IMG/VR virus record: IMGVR_UViG_3300028844_006119
Location: 32,001-96,000 of that record
Reading direction: 5' to 3' (one strand)
Length of the DNA: 64,000 nt
DNA from: a virus
Below the pieces are notes generated by a model. The model saw nothing but the letters and a program-made list of their open reading frames with translations, did no database searches and had not been told where the DNA came from. Position numbers and translations under genes: made by a program. This document shows, one piece after another, positions 62,962 through 64,000 of this stretch (its first letter is position 1; every line of letters begins with the position of its first letter).

Positions 62962-64000
62962 GGTCTTTGGGGCCACCCACGACTCCGACAGAGCGAACAA
63001 TGCGGCCATCCCCTACTCTGGTAGGCGGCGGGAATATGTTCTCTACCTCAATGCGAAGTCTAAGGAATCCCCCACCAAGCTGGTTACGGCGCTCCTAACT
63101 GGGGCAGGTCTCGGAGGACTGGCGGGAGGACTTGCCGGCCTTGGTGGGGGCGCGAAAGGTGCCCTAGTTGGTATCCTTGCTGGGGCCCTTGGTGGCTCCC
63201 TCTTCGGCGCCCTGGCTAAGGCCATCGATGATGGGAACATTCAAGAGGCTAAGCGCATCCTCCGTAAGGGCCACATCGACCAGGGGCTTGGGGAAGCCAT
63301 CATGCGAAACCAGCGAGCCAAGGAACAGGTGGCCCGGAGCAGACACTCCGAGACCCAACGCCGTCTCTCTGGAATCGAGAGAGGTATGAGTCGAGCCAGC
63401 AGCTACCCACACCGTAGTCGTAGGGTCACTGTGAAGGTCGGATCTCTTTGTTCCAAGATCGCAGGTACCTTGAACGAGTCCGACTTCGAGCGCTTCAATG
63501 AGGTGTTTTCCGACGCCAATACTCGACGAATGATTGAGAAGAACGCCTCCGTCATGGAGTGCCTCACCCTCCTGACTGACTCGGAGATTCACAGCACCGA
63601 CAAGATGGCTTCGGCGGCGGCCTCGGCATTCACGATGGGCTACGACGTGGTCCAGGTGAGACCTTCCGGCTACGGCTACACAGTCAAGGTGTCCGCTGCT
63701 CCGCAGGGCGTGGCCCCGCAAGAAACCCAGATGACTCAGCAGCAGGCTCAGCAGGCTCTTCCTCCTGAGATGCTTCAGGCTGCAGACCAGCAGGGCGCTG
63801 GCACGGTCACCAACGTGCAGGCAGACCCCGATCCGCTCGCGGAGAAGATGGCGCCGGCTACCGGGTTCGGCCTCTACAAGGTCACCGATGCTACTTCAGG
63901 CAAGCAGGTCGTTGGCTATGTCATTCCCGGACTGTTTGATCCGGTCTCGGGACAGCCCTCGCAGGTGAGCCTGTTCACCAACGGCTCCGCATACTGCGTG
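62945..64000 (+). CDS. Modular putative head protein, 3'-truncated (not in ORF track)
   Basis: Hand translation open for 352 codons: MNKNAKVF...GAGLGGLAGGLAGLGGGAKGALVG...KVGSLCSKIAGTLNESDF...EKNAS...DKMAS... Confidence 0.75.
   Translation, partial: MNKNAKVFGATHDSDRANNAAIPYSGRRREYVLYLNAKSKESPTKLVTALLTGAGLGGLAGGLAGLGGGAKGALVGILAGALGGSLFGALAKAIDDGNIQEAKRILRKGHIDQGLGEAIMRNQRAKEQVARSRHSETQRRLSGIERGMSRASSYPHRSRRVTVKVGSLCSKIAGTLNESDFERFNEVFSDANTRRMIEKNASVMECLTLLTDSEIHSTDKMASAAASAFTMGYDVVQVRPSGYGYTVKVSAAPQGVAPQETQMTQQQAQQALPPEMLQAADQQGAGTVTNVQADPDPLAEKMAPATGFGLYKVTDATSGKQVVGYVIPGLFDPVSGQPSQVSLFTNGSAYCV

Noticed and set aside
1-64000. Stop-codon reassignment as in some jumbo phages
   Set aside because: Standard-code ORFs tile the window, and TAA, TAG and TGA all end genes with overlapping next starts.

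Overview
The window is a gene-dense fragment of a large contractile-tailed dsDNA phage (jumbo-type myovirus) read in the standard genetic code. No rRNA, tRNA or CRISPR array was seen. It has three blocks. (1) A + strand block (~1-31850) holds a sigma70-family factor and tail/baseplate genes, including three giant proteins of 2294, 1645 and 2334 aa. (2) A - strand replication/recombination block (~31850-46680) holds an SF2 helicase, a family-4 UDG, DnaB, a primase, a probable SSB, PolA, an HU-like protein, RecA, two resolvase-type nucleases and a Cas4-like nuclease. (3) A + strand head/spike block (46758-end) holds a portal, a single-chain fused beta-beta' RNA polymerase, a spike and several Gly/Ala-rich proteins. 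Highlights: a minimal fused rpoB-rpoC polymerase with a possibly private sigma factor; a recurrent [hydrophobic]-x-K-x-A-[small] motif that delimits glycine-zipper cassettes in head-region proteins and also tags the sigma factor (candidate protease-processed virion cargo system); a candidate -1 frameshift appending a SAP-like domain; and a GTCATAA motif, twice with an adjacent hairpin, heading - strand units. All assignments are by eye from motifs; no searches were run.
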